DNA of 64,000 nucleotides from Candidatus Scalinduaceae bacterium (GTDB taxonomy: Bacteria; Planctomycetota; Brocadiia; Brocadiales; Scalinduaceae). Below the pieces are notes generated by a model, which was not told the origin of the DNA, did no database searches, and worked only from the letters and a program-made list of their open reading frames with translations. This document shows, one piece after another, positions 11,652 through 21,281 of the stretch. The DNA is taken from contig JBHICG010000008.1 of NCBI GenBank assembly GCA_046759445.1, positions 15,239-79,238 on the forward strand, in the 5' to 3' direction. The position numbers were made by a program, and so were the translations under genes. Position 1 is the first letter of the stretch. Each line of letters starts with the position of its first letter.

Positions 11652-11882
11652 TTACACGGCTTCTACTTCCTGTATTTCAGGGACGTCCTCCTTAACCTTG
11701 ACCTCTATTCCCTGTTTAAGGGTCATAAGGGCACTAGGACACGTTCCACAGGCTCCCTGCAGTCTTACCTTTACTATGCCATTTTCTATATCAACAAGTT
11801 CTACGTTTCCACCATCAGCCATCAAAGCAGGCCTTATTGAATCCAGAGATTTTTCTACTCTTTCCTTTAAGTCAGCAGACAT
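11652..11882 (-). CDS. NifU-like (Nfu) Fe-S carrier domain protein
   Basis: IRPALMADGGNVELV and LQGACGTCPS motifs. Confidence 0.93.
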   Translation of the reverse strand: MSADLKERVEKSLDSIRPALMADGGNVELVDIENGIVKVRLQGACGTCPSALMTLKQGIEVKVKEDVPEIQEVEAV

Positions 11883-11959
11883 TGTTAATACTCCTTAAAA
11901 AAAACAAATTTGCTAAATTAAAAACTTTTCCTATTAGAGAAAGTTAACGAAAAAGCTAC

Positions 11960-12190
11960 TTATTCCTCCCTCTTCTTTTTTATTGCCTCATTCAGCTCTT
12001 CGATGATCTTTTCAGGAGTAGTATTATGCATCATAGCGCCAAAAGCTATATCTTCCGTCTTTGAACCAGGACAAGTAAAACAACCGGAACCAAAATACTT
12101 TTGAAAAACCGGTTCTGTCTCAGGATATTTCGTAAAAACCTCTCCAATACTTGATTTTTTTGTTATTTTAAAGTCTTCTTCTTCACTCAT
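11960..12190 (-). CDS. DUF1858 redox (CxxC) domain protein
   Basis: IGEVFTKYPET..VF...GCFTCPGS..E.I..GA.MH pattern. Confidence 0.8.
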   Translation of the reverse strand: MSEEEDFKITKKSSIGEVFTKYPETEPVFQKYFGSGCFTCPGSKTEDIAFGAMMHNTTPEKIIEELNEAIKKKREE

Positions 12191-12215
12191 TAGTTTATGA
12201 CCTCACGTTTTAAGT

Positions 12216-12638
12216 TCACGCCTCTTCTTTAGGCTTTTTAATACTTACCAAAATGTTAATTACAAACATAAATATTCCTATTGCATTCAATACCGCAAAG
12301 ACCTGCTCCGGTATCTTACTAAATTCATATCTGTCAAGTCCCCACGTGCTTACAAGGCCGATTAAAGCCACATTTGCCACCCAGAAATGAACAACAGCCA
12401 GCTTTGGAAAGGCCACAGGGTTACCGTTAAATCTTGGCAATATATGGTATCCTACTCCGTAAATCATCATAGACATCCATCCCAACAACATTAAATGGGT
12501 ATGTGCATGAAGTAACTGAATAGAGTTGTTCTTGATAAACAAATAATGATCAGTAAACATAAATTGAGTGCCTATAACCGCTGCAATTGCAAAATATATT
12601 ACACTCATACGAATAAAATTCTTAGAAACCGGATCCAA
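12216..12638 (-). CDS. small membrane protein resembling a fragment of heme-copper oxidase/NO-reductase subunit I
   Basis: 4 TMs, HAHTHLMLLGW and YHILPRF motifs. Confidence 0.65.
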   Translation of the reverse strand: MDPVSKNFIRMSVIYFAIAAVIGTQFMFTDHYLFIKNNSIQLLHAHTHLMLLGWMSMMIYGVGYHILPRFNGNPVAFPKLAVVHFWVANVALIGLVSTWGLDRYEFSKIPEQVFAVLNAIGIFMFVINILVSIKKPKEEA

Positions 12639-12900
12639 TATTACCCTCCTTGATTTATAATGTAAGATATTAACAAGATAGTATTTAAAAATTATCCAAA
12701 AAACTAACTTTTGTCAATAAAAAAACTAAACTTGCTATAAATTATTAAGTCCATATATGTCATTCCTTTCGCATTTCGTGTATATCATTGCATTTTAAAT
12801 GCCTCCTTGTTACCCTTTATAAAAGTTATAGCGACGTAGATATGGTGTTATTTGGAAAGAATCCTTTATAGTTTTAAGAATAGAGATATATTACTAATAA

Positions 12901-13878
12901 ATGAATCTTAAACAGGTATTATTAGGTGATATTGACGTTTCTTCAGAAAGGCATGACAAGTTTTTGTTTAATTACGGACGGGACTTAAATGAAATAGTGG
13001 ATTCGATAAGCAAAGTGGGGCTTATAAATCCTGTGATATTAACAAAATACAGGGGTTCCGATGAAAAGTTTAACATCGTATGTGGCTATCAACGTGTTAT
13101 GGCTTTTCAGAAATTGGGGAAAAAGGTAATCGAAGCAAAGGTATTGGAAGGGCCTACTGATGAAGGACTTTTCTTATTAAGTCTTAATGACAATTTGTTC
13201 TCAAGAGTTTTTAATGAAATAGAAAAGGCAATCGTTGCAAAGAAGTTTCTAGATATAGGCTATTCTTATGAGAGATTGATGTCTGAAATAGCTCCCCTTC
13301 TCGGTATGCCACCAAATAAGAAAATAGTAGATAAATACCTTTCTCTTTTGAACCTTGATAAGGAAATAAAAGACTCAGTAGCCAGAAACCAACTAGAACT
13401 GGAAAATGCCTTTCTTCTTATATCCCTTGGGAATGAAGAGAGAAAATCCGTTTACGTAATTCTATTCAAGGAATCCAGCACTAACGTAAATGAGGCAAGG
13501 GATACAATCAGAAACCTGCTAGACCTTAAACGGCTAGAACAAAAAGGCATAAAAGAACTGCTATCATCAAAAGAGATTACCAATATTCTATCGGATAAAA
13601 AGTTCAATAAAAGACAAAAGGGAGAAAAGATTTATAAATTAATAAAGTCTATGCGCTACCCTGCAATTAGCAAAAAGGAAGAGGAGTTCTCTGAATCATG
13701 CAAGAAATTAGGCATCGACAATAACGTACGTATAACTCACTCCAGATTTTTTGAAGGAAACGATATCCAGATAACCATAAAGGCCTCGGAAGAGAAAAAA
13801 TTAAAGATAGACTTGGAAAAACTCCTCTTAAATGTAAAGAGTGGTGCATTTAAAAGAATCTTTTCTATTTTCAGATAA
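12901..13878 (+). CDS. ParB N-terminal domain protein
   Basis: SISKVGLINPV, IVCGYQRV and NEIEKA motifs. Confidence 0.75.
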   Translation: MNLKQVLLGDIDVSSERHDKFLFNYGRDLNEIVDSISKVGLINPVILTKYRGSDEKFNIVCGYQRVMAFQKLGKKVIEAKVLEGPTDEGLFLLSLNDNLFSRVFNEIEKAIVAKKFLDIGYSYERLMSEIAPLLGMPPNKKIVDKYLSLLNLDKEIKDSVARNQLELENAFLLISLGNEERKSVYVILFKESSTNVNEARDTIRNLLDLKRLEQKGIKELLSSKEITNILSDKKFNKRQKGEKIYKLIKSMRYPAISKKEEEFSESCKKLGIDNNVRITHSRFFEGNDIQITIKASEEKKLKIDLEKLLLNVKSGAFKRIFSIFR

Positions 13879-13976
13879 ATTAGTCCACTCCCTACCTGTC
13901 GGCAGACAGGCGTTCACTAATTTATGGCATTTTGCGGAGCAAAATGAAATTAATCTTAATATATATGTCATCTCCG

Positions 13977-14043
13977 TAGGGTGGGCAGTGCCCACCATAA
14001 AAATAATAATGCTAAAAGAAATGGTGGATGGTACCCACCCTAC
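13977..14043. repeat. GTAG-type REP doublet
   Basis: GTAGGGTGGGCAGTGCCCACC ... GGTGGATGGTACCCACCCTAC in inverted orientation. Confidence 0.75.
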
Positions 14044-14085
14044 AAGATCTATAAAATATTTGCATCATGATTTAATATTAACAAT

Positions 14086-16080
14086 TTGTATTGGGAGATA
14101 CAATATTTGGTAATCTTAGGGGTAGATATTGGAGGTACGTTTACGGACTTTGTTTTATTTAATGGTAGAGGGTTAAAGATTCATAAGATCAATTCTACGC
14201 CACATAATCCTGCCGATGCTGTCTTTAAAGGGATACAATTCTTTAAAACCTCAGAAGAGCAACTAAACATAGTCCACGGTTCTACCGTCGCAACAAACGC
14301 ACTCCTGGAGAGAAGGGGAGCAAAGGTTGCCTTAATCACCACAAAAGGGTATGAAGACATTACTGAAATTGGCAGACAAGCACGAAGTATGCTTTATAAT
14401 CTCTTTATTACGCGTAAACGTCCCTTAGTGCCAGGAAATCTGAGATGGGGGCTGCAAGAAAGGGTTACTGTAAAGGGTAGCGTCCTGGATAAGGTAAAGG
14501 AAAATGATTTGAGAAGGATAATGAACAAATTAAGAAGAAATAGAATAGAGGCAGTTGCAATATGTTTTCTTTTTTCTTACAAAAATCCCGTCAATGAAAA
14601 GGCCGTAATCAATGCGCTGAAACGTACAGGGATTCATATCTCTGCTTCTCACAAGATATTGCCCGAATACCGTGAATACGAGAGGTTTAGTACTACGATA
14701 GTAAATGCATATGTTTCGCCTATTATGTCAAGATACCTGACTTCCCTGGAAGATGGTATAGGGGCAAATAAGATAAGCATAATGCAATCAAACGGTGGCA
14801 GTATTTCTATCCAGGGCGCTAAGGAAAGGTCTATTAATTGCATACTATCAGGGCCTGCTGGGGGTGTGATTGGAGCTTTGAGGATTGCAGGGTTTGCCGG
14901 GATGAAGAGGATTATATCATTCGATATGGGAGGAACTTCAACTGATGTTTCCCTGTGTGATGGTGACGTGCGAATGGCGACCGGTACAATTATTGGTGAG
15001 ATGCCTATAAAAATTCCCGTAATTGATATATTCACAGTAGGGGCAGGGGGTGGTTCTACCGTATGCATTGATCCCGGCGGCGCTATGAGGGTGGGGCCAC
15101 AGAGTGCGGGCGTTGATCCAGGTCCAATCTGTTATGGCAAGGGGAGAATATTAACGGTTACAGATGCCAATCTGTTTCTGGGAAGAATCTGTGAAGATCA
15201 CTTCCTGGGCGGAAGGATGAAACTTTTTCCCGACAGAGTATCCACTTACATGCATCTCTTTGCAAAGAAATTAAGGATAGACCCTGTGCAGGTAGCTGAA
15301 GGTATCATTGATATTGCTAACACAAATATGGAAAGGGCCATAAAGGTTGTTTCCATTGAAAAGGGGTATGACGTAAGAGATTTTACTCTGTTTTCGTTTG
15401 GTGGTGCGGGCGGGCTTCATGCATGTGAACTGGCGAGTCGCCTTTTAATGAAAAGAGTACTTATTCCGAAAAATGCCGGAGTATTATCTGCAATAGGGAT
15501 GACGGTTGCTGATACTGTTAAGGAATATTCAAGAAGTGTGCTTATGAGGGCAAGAAATGATGATTATGATAAGCTTACAGCATTATTCAGACCATTAGAA
15601 TTGCAGGGCACGAAGGAAATCCTCGCCGAAGGTATCCAGGAGAACAGGCTTAATTTACAAAGACACCTGGACATACGATACGTAGGACAATCACATGAAC
15701 TTACTTTACCATATAAGAAGAGTTTTATTAATGATTTTCATAGGCTGCACGAAAAATCGTATGGTTATGCAAACAGTGATTATGATGTAGAAGTGGTGAA
15801 TCTTCGAGTGAGGGCAACGGGGAAGACACATAAGCCTTCATTGAATAAGAAATCAAAACAAATACCGATCAAAAAGCAAAAAGCAGTAAAAAAGACAAGG
15901 TGTTATTTCAGAGGCAGGTGGTTGAAAACAGACATTTACGATAGGAGTAGAGTTCTAACGGGTTTCAGGATAAAGGGTCCTGCCCTGATTGTTGAAGATA
16001 CATCAACAACATTTCTCCCACCTGAATATGTTTGCAACGTTGATGAGTGTGAAAATCTGATTATAGAAAAAGGCAGATAA
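14086..16080 (+). CDS. hydantoinase/5-oxoprolinase subunit A
   Basis: GVDIGGTFTD, HGSTVATNALLE, SGPAGG and DMGGTSTD motifs; true start probably TTG 14107. Confidence 0.93.
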   Translation: MYWEIQYLVILGVDIGGTFTDFVLFNGRGLKIHKINSTPHNPADAVFKGIQFFKTSEEQLNIVHGSTVATNALLERRGAKVALITTKGYEDITEIGRQARSMLYNLFITRKRPLVPGNLRWGLQERVTVKGSVLDKVKENDLRRIMNKLRRNRIEAVAICFLFSYKNPVNEKAVINALKRTGIHISASHKILPEYREYERFSTTIVNAYVSPIMSRYLTSLEDGIGANKISIMQSNGGSISIQGAKERSINCILSGPAGGVIGALRIAGFAGMKRIISFDMGGTSTDVSLCDGDVRMATGTIIGEMPIKIPVIDIFTVGAGGGSTVCIDPGGAMRVGPQSAGVDPGPICYGKGRILTVTDANLFLGRICEDHFLGGRMKLFPDRVSTYMHLFAKKLRIDPVQVAEGIIDIANTNMERAIKVVSIEKGYDVRDFTLFSFGGAGGLHACELASRLLMKRVLIPKNAGVLSAIGMTVADTVKEYSRSVLMRARNDDYDKLTALFRPLELQGTKEILAEGIQENRLNLQRHLDIRYVGQSHELTLPYKKSFINDFHRLHEKSYGYANSDYDVEVVNLRVRATGKTHKPSLNKKSKQIPIKKQKAVKKTRCYFRGRWLKTDIYDRSRVLTGFRIKGPALIVEDTSTTFLPPEYVCNVDECENLIIEKGR

Positions 16081-16324
16081 AACGCCCGACTATACGCAAT
16101 TAAGGCTTCGGAAGTATTTTCCGAGATACTTGAAACTCTGAAGGGTGAATTTCTGAATACGGATAAAACCCTAAAGGGGCTGTTACGCTATTAGGTAGAA
16201 CAGCCGCTTTAGCTTTTATATTGAGAAATATTTATAAGTGCCCAAGTCTGTCTAAATATTGACTGTGTTTGTTGTATAGGAATATCCATTTTAAATAGTC
16301 ATAAACTTAAGTAAGGAGTCCAAT

Positions 16325-16828
16325 ATGAAAGTGTTTGACGAAAATTTCCGTAGTAATAAATTAAGATATATACTGCAATGCATCCTGGCTACTTTATCGA
16401 TCTCTGTAATACTTTTACTCTTTGATACCATGACGAATGCCATCATTATTGCCGCCCTGGGATCAAGCGCTTTTGTAACGTTTACAATGCCCAAGGCGCA
16501 AGTGTCGAGGCCAAGGTTTATGATAGGCGGGTATATAGTGGGTATAGTTGTGGGTTTGGTATGTTACTATTTATCAACTATGCCATTACTCACAAACATA
16601 TCCATTATCCAGGAAACATCTCGCGTAGTGTTTGGGGCGTTGGCAGTAGGGTTGGCGATATTCGTAATGGTAATCACGGATACAGAGCACCCTCCTGCGG
16701 CGGGTTTGGCATTGGCGCTCATTCTTAATGAATGGAACTACATGGCAATTGTTGTTACTATGGTGGGAATCATTTCATTGTCAGTCATAAAGACCATGCT
16801 TCGGTCTATTTTGGAAAATCTATTATAG
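16325..16828 (+). CDS. HPP family membrane protein
   Basis: TEHPPAAG motif, multiple TMs. Confidence 0.85.
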   Translation: MKVFDENFRSNKLRYILQCILATLSISVILLLFDTMTNAIIIAALGSSAFVTFTMPKAQVSRPRFMIGGYIVGIVVGLVCYYLSTMPLLTNISIIQETSRVVFGALAVGLAIFVMVITDTEHPPAAGLALALILNEWNYMAIVVTMVGIISLSVIKTMLRSILENLL

Positions 16829-16917
16829 TCGGTAATCAATAGTTGTGCACATATGATAATTGACTCGTTGATGGGTGTATTTATTATGTGCGAATCAAGA
16901 CAAGCTGTGTTTTGAGT

Positions 16918-17589
16918 ATGATTGAAATTAACAAAATAATAAGGTCAAAAAGAAAGACATTCGCATTGGAGATTAGCGATGATGCCAGATTGATAATTCG
17001 CTCTCCCAAACGCGCTTCAGTCAAAGAAATTCACAAAATAATGAACAAAAACAAATTGTGGATTCGTAAAAAGCAGGAACTTGCCAGACAAAAGTATCTG
17101 AAGACTAAAAAGAAAGAATTTGTAAATAGTGAGGAATTTTTGTATTTGGGGGAAGTTTATATACTGTTTATGGTTGATAATCCAGAAATACCTCTTACAA
17201 ATAAGAATAAGACGTTTATGCTCGCAAGAGAATGCATTGATAATGCGCGAGAAGTATTTATCCAATGGTATAAGGAACAGGCCTTTCGCATAATTTCAGA
17301 GAGGGCTGCATGGTATTCTTCAATATCAGGACTTAGATATAATAAGGTAAGTATCACAAATGCTCATAAGCGTTGGGGATCTTGCAGTCCAAAAGAAAAT
17401 CTAAATTTCAGCATGCGCCTGATAATGGCGCCCTTAAGAGTTATTGATTATGTTGTTGTGCATGAAATAGCACATATTGAGGAAAAGAATCATTCAAAAA
17501 GATTTTGGAATAAAGTTAAAACAATGCTTCCAGATTACGCTCAGCGCAAAAAATGGTTGAATGAAAATGGCTATTTATTGTTCATCTGA
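16918..17589 (+). CDS. M48/YgjP (DUF45) metallohydrolase
   Basis: RWGSCS and YVVVHEIAHIEEKNHS..FW; ATG start at 16918. Confidence 0.9.
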   Translation: MIEINKIIRSKRKTFALEISDDARLIIRSPKRASVKEIHKIMNKNKLWIRKKQELARQKYLKTKKKEFVNSEEFLYLGEVYILFMVDNPEIPLTNKNKTFMLARECIDNAREVFIQWYKEQAFRIISERAAWYSSISGLRYNKVSITNAHKRWGSCSPKENLNFSMRLIMAPLRVIDYVVVHEIAHIEEKNHSKRFWNKVKTMLPDYAQRKKWLNENGYLLFI

Positions 17590-17683
17590 CTTCTGACTTT
17601 TGCTTGCCCCGCACGAGCCTCCAATGCTTCCTTGCGGAAGCAAGGAATGGGGGCGATTTCACGGGGTCTTTTGTTTAAATATT

Positions 17684-18679
17684 ATGGCTGGAAAACTTGC
17701 CTACGAAAGATATTATTGGTTTCATAATCAGGTAAAGGACAACAAACATCCCAATTCAAGACATCTTGCCGATGAATTCGAAATCTCCCAAAAAACCGCT
17801 CAAAGAGACATAGAATTCATGAGGGATAGGATTGATGCACCACTTGAATATTCCCATGCTGATAGAGGCTATTATTATACTGATGAAGCCTATGAGTTAC
17901 CACCCATCTGGTTGCGTGAAAGTGAACTTGTCGCCTTTATCCTGGCCAAAAGGCTGGCCACAGCGATACCGGACAGAAGTATAAAAGATTCATTAAACAA
18001 ATTCATAAGTAAGTTTTCCTCACGAATTTCAGATAAAACTTGTGGTGAGCGGAGCGAATCCATAAGATTTTATCTGGATGATATTCAAGACAAGATATCT
18101 CTGAAAAACATAGAATATTATTCTGTCGATGAGGACTTATTTAGAAAGGTTGTGAATGCGCTTTTTACCAAAAGATCTTTAGCGATTCAATATTATTCTC
18201 CACATAAAGATGAAAGAACGAATAGAAATATAATTCCCCTTCATCTACTTGACTATATGGGCAACTGGCACCTGATATCATTTTGTACGCTAAAGAAAGG
18301 ACTCAGAAACTTTGCACTTTCAAGAATAGAAGAGTGTAATTATATTGACGAGGAAATATCACTTCCAACCGACCTGCCGCCAATAAAGACCTACATACGT
18401 AAAACTTTTGGAATATTCCACGGAGGACAAAACCATAATGTATCACTCAAATTCTCTCCCAGGGCATCCAGAGCTGTGAAAGAACAGATATGGCATAAAA
18501 AACAGAAGATAAAAGAACTTAAAGACGGATGCATTATACTAAATGTTCCGGTTGCGGATACTACTGAAATCAAAAGAGAAATCCTGAAATATGGCTCAGA
18601 AGTAGAGGTCCTTAAGCCTTTAAGATTAAAGAATGAGATAATTGAAGAGATAAAAAAAATGAAGAAAATTTATCAGTAG
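17684..18679 (+). CDS. WYL-domain HTH transcriptional regulator
   Basis: LADEFEISQKTAQRDIEFMR HTH, GNWHL...RNFALSRI WYL core; ATG 17684 (the longer ORF extension is repeat-derived). Confidence 0.92.
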   Translation: MAGKLAYERYYWFHNQVKDNKHPNSRHLADEFEISQKTAQRDIEFMRDRIDAPLEYSHADRGYYYTDEAYELPPIWLRESELVAFILAKRLATAIPDRSIKDSLNKFISKFSSRISDKTCGERSESIRFYLDDIQDKISLKNIEYYSVDEDLFRKVVNALFTKRSLAIQYYSPHKDERTNRNIIPLHLLDYMGNWHLISFCTLKKGLRNFALSRIEECNYIDEEISLPTDLPPIKTYIRKTFGIFHGGQNHNVSLKFSPRASRAVKEQIWHKKQKIKELKDGCIILNVPVADTTEIKREILKYGSEVEVLKPLRLKNEIIEEIKKMKKIYQ

Positions 18680-19345
18680 GACACTATTTGGGGGAGTAGG
18701 TATGGGATAAGAGTATTTAGTTTAAACAGTTTAAAACGTTCAAATCGCTTAAACAGTTTGAGCAGTTTGAACAATTTTAAAAAGGAGGGGGGGAAAGATG
18801 AGTGCAAGATATTTTGAAGATTTAGAAGTCTGGATACTCTCAAGAGAATTAACGAATAAAATCTACAATGTAAGCAATGACGGTAGATTCGCAAAAGATT
18901 TCGGACTCCGTGATCAGATAAGAAGAGCTGCTGTTTCCATTATGTCAAACATTGCAGAAGGATATGAAAGGGGCGGCAATCAGGAATTTATTCAGTTTTT
19001 GTCAATAGCCAAAGCCTCATGTGGAGAGGTGCGGTCACAGTTGTACGTCGCCATGGATCAAAGTTATGTTGGCAAAACAAAGTGTGAACAATTAATAGAC
19101 GAATTTAAGAAACTCTCCATCATGATTAACAACTTTATCGAATATCTAAAAGGTAGCAGATATAAAGGAATAAAGTATAAAAACAAAACGGTTTAAACCG
19201 CTTAAACCGTTTAAACGGCTCGAACGGTTCTTTAAGAGAATTGGGCAGAAACTATACTAAATATGTTTTGAGCAAAAAGAGTGTAAGTGTTTGTGATTAG
19301 TGAAAGAAATCCCCCATTTTCTTCACTTGCACATTCACTTACACA
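18650..19345 (+). repeat. direct duplication, copy 1 (WYL 3' end + four-helix-bundle module)
   Basis: Matches 20183-20920, starting at ATAAAAAAAATGAAGAAAATTTATCAGTAGGACAC. Confidence 0.9.
18798..19196 (+). CDS. four helix bundle protein (TIGR02436/IVP family), copy 1
   Basis: [24 protein letters not shown] and [16 protein letters not shown] motifs. Confidence 0.92.
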   Translation: MSARYFEDLEVWILSRELTNKIYNVSNDGRFAKDFGLRDQIRRAAVSIMSNIAEGYERGGNQEFIQFLSIAKASCGEVRSQLYVAMDQSYVGKTKCEQLIDEFKKLSIMINNFIEYLKGSRYKGIKYKNKTV

Positions 19346-19459
19346 TTTTATATGAGCGAAAGCAGAGTTATTTAGACTTGTTATTAGCCTTGTGAATGGA
19401 TAACATAAACGGCTAAAGCTGAATTAATAGAGCAATGAGCTATAATAAGATTTAAGGAG

Positions 19460-19735
19460 GTGATTAATATGGTGATTATTGATAAGGAAAAAGTAAAAGA
19501 TATGTATTATGCCAATATGATGTGTGAGTATCACAAGGTAACGGAAAAGATCAGACTTTTCACAAGAAAATACTCGATGTCATTTGAACATTTTGAAAAG
19601 AACATAAAAGGATCTGAGAAAGAAGACTTTGAAAGGTGGGATGATTATATGGAATGGAAAGGGTATGAAAAAGTCTTACAGAATCTGATCAAAGAAAAGA
19701 AGGAGCTGGAAGTTGGAGATTATAAAGTGTCTTGA
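19460..19735 (+). CDS. putative antitoxin
   Basis: Small ORF overlapping the next gene; KYSMSFEHFE...WDDYMEWK pattern. Confidence 0.6.
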   Translation: MINMVIIDKEKVKDMYYANMMCEYHKVTEKIRLFTRKYSMSFEHFEKNIKGSEKEDFERWDDYMEWKGYEKVLQNLIKEKKELEVGDYKVS

Positions 19736-20048
19736 AAAAAGTAGTGCAGTCAAAGATTTTAAAATTCTAGTCCTTGAGTATTTTGAAGGCGGTTTCTACA
19801 TAAGAATTAAAGTCACATTGAATAACAATACTGAACTGTACATAAGGGAATACTCTGACGTTAATGTACGAAACTATTCATATCACTGGCAAGAACCAAA
19901 TCAGAAGTTATTGATCAGATGGGACAACTCAGCACATCACAAACATATTGAAACATATCCACATCATATTCATCATAGTAATAATGTCTTACCAAGTTAT
20001 CAAATCTCTTGCGAGGAAATATTAAAGATAATTGAAGAGAAAATCTGA
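19713..20048 (+). CDS. DUF6516-like putative toxin
   Basis: YSYHWQ..LIRWDNSAHH..TYPHHIH motif. Confidence 0.75.
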   Translation: MEIIKCLEKSSAVKDFKILVLEYFEGGFYIRIKVTLNNNTELYIREYSDVNVRNYSYHWQEPNQKLLIRWDNSAHHKHIETYPHHIHHSNNVLPSYQISCEEILKIIEEKI

Positions 20049-20182
20049 GCAAAAAGAAGTTGAATACTTTTACCGGAAACAATGGAGGTCACAAAAATGA
20101 TACAAGAATTTATGAATTATCTAAATAACTCCAAAACTCACAAATCCTCCATCTCTTTAACTCTAAAGCTGAAACAGACGAA

Positions 20183-20920
20183 ATAAAAAAAATGAAGAAA
20201 ATTTATCAGTAGGACACTATTTGGGGGAGTGGGTATGGGATAAAGTATTTCTGTTTAAACAGTTCAAACGGTTAAAACAGTTTAAACGGTTTTAACTTTT
20301 TTGTTAGTTAAACCGCTTGAACAGTTTGAACAATTATAAAAAGGAGGTGGGAAAGATGAGTGCAAGATATTTTGAAGATTTAGAAGTCTGGATACTCTCA
20401 AGAGAATTAACGAATAAAATCTACAATGTAAGCAATGACGGTAGATTCGCAAAAGATTTCGGACTCCGTGATCAGATAAGAAGAGCTGCTGTTTCCATTA
20501 TGTCAAACATTGCAGAAGGATATGAAAGGGGCGGCAATCAGGAATTTATTCAGTTTTTGTCAATAGCCAAAGCCTCATGTGGAGAGGTGCGGTCACAGTT
20601 GTACGTCGCCATGGATCAAAGTTATGTTGGCAAAACAAAGTGTGAACAATTAATAGACGAATTTAAGAAACTCTCCATCATGATTAACAACTTTATCGAA
20701 TATCTAAAAGGTAGCAGATATAAAGGAACAAAGTATAAAAAGTCAAAAAATAAAATGGTTTAAACGGTTTAAACCGCTTAAACCGTTTAAACGGCTCGAA
20801 CGGTTCTTTAAGAGAATTGGGCAGAAACTACACGGAAAATGTTTTGAGTAAAAAGAGTGTAAGTGTTTGTGATTAGTGAAAGAAATCCCCCATTTTCTTT
20901 ACTTCACTCACACTTACACT
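20183..20920 (+). repeat. direct duplication, copy 2
   Basis: Matches 18650-19345; coding part identical by eye, repeat arms diverged. Confidence 0.9.
20356..20763 (+). CDS. four helix bundle protein, copy 2
   Basis: Identical to 18798 except the last ~10 codons; RBS AAGGAGG before ATG 20356. Confidence 0.92.
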   Translation: MSARYFEDLEVWILSRELTNKIYNVSNDGRFAKDFGLRDQIRRAAVSIMSNIAEGYERGGNQEFIQFLSIAKASCGEVRSQLYVAMDQSYVGKTKCEQLIDEFKKLSIMINNFIEYLKGSRYKGTKYKKSKNKMV

Positions 20921-21281
20921 AATTTCTGATTTTTGCATGAAGAACTAGAGAAATTAAAGAGCCCCCTTTAAAAAGAGGGGATTTAGGGGTGTGTTCCGAT
21001 GAGAAAGAACTAAGGAGTGGCTGAAGATTGGACAAAAGAAGTTTTAATAGATTTAATTAAATAAGATGTGTATGTGCATTGTGAAAGTAAATTACTTACC
21101 TAGTATCTGACTTCTGTGTTCTGTTGTCTGTCTTTTGATCACTTACACTTGTTTTTATGATGTATGAACCCCCAATGCTTCCTTGCCAAAAGTAGGCTCT
21201 GTAAGAGCGGAAGCAAGGAATGGGGGTGGATTTTTCGGGAATATGTATAAAAACAAAACATAGTTTCATTGCTATAAATAA

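Noticed and set aside
17600..17683. N-terminal extension of the WYL ORF (and likewise of cas1 from 29509 and the 4HB gene from 20317)
   Set aside because: These extensions translate repeat DNA; downstream ATGs fit the protein families better.
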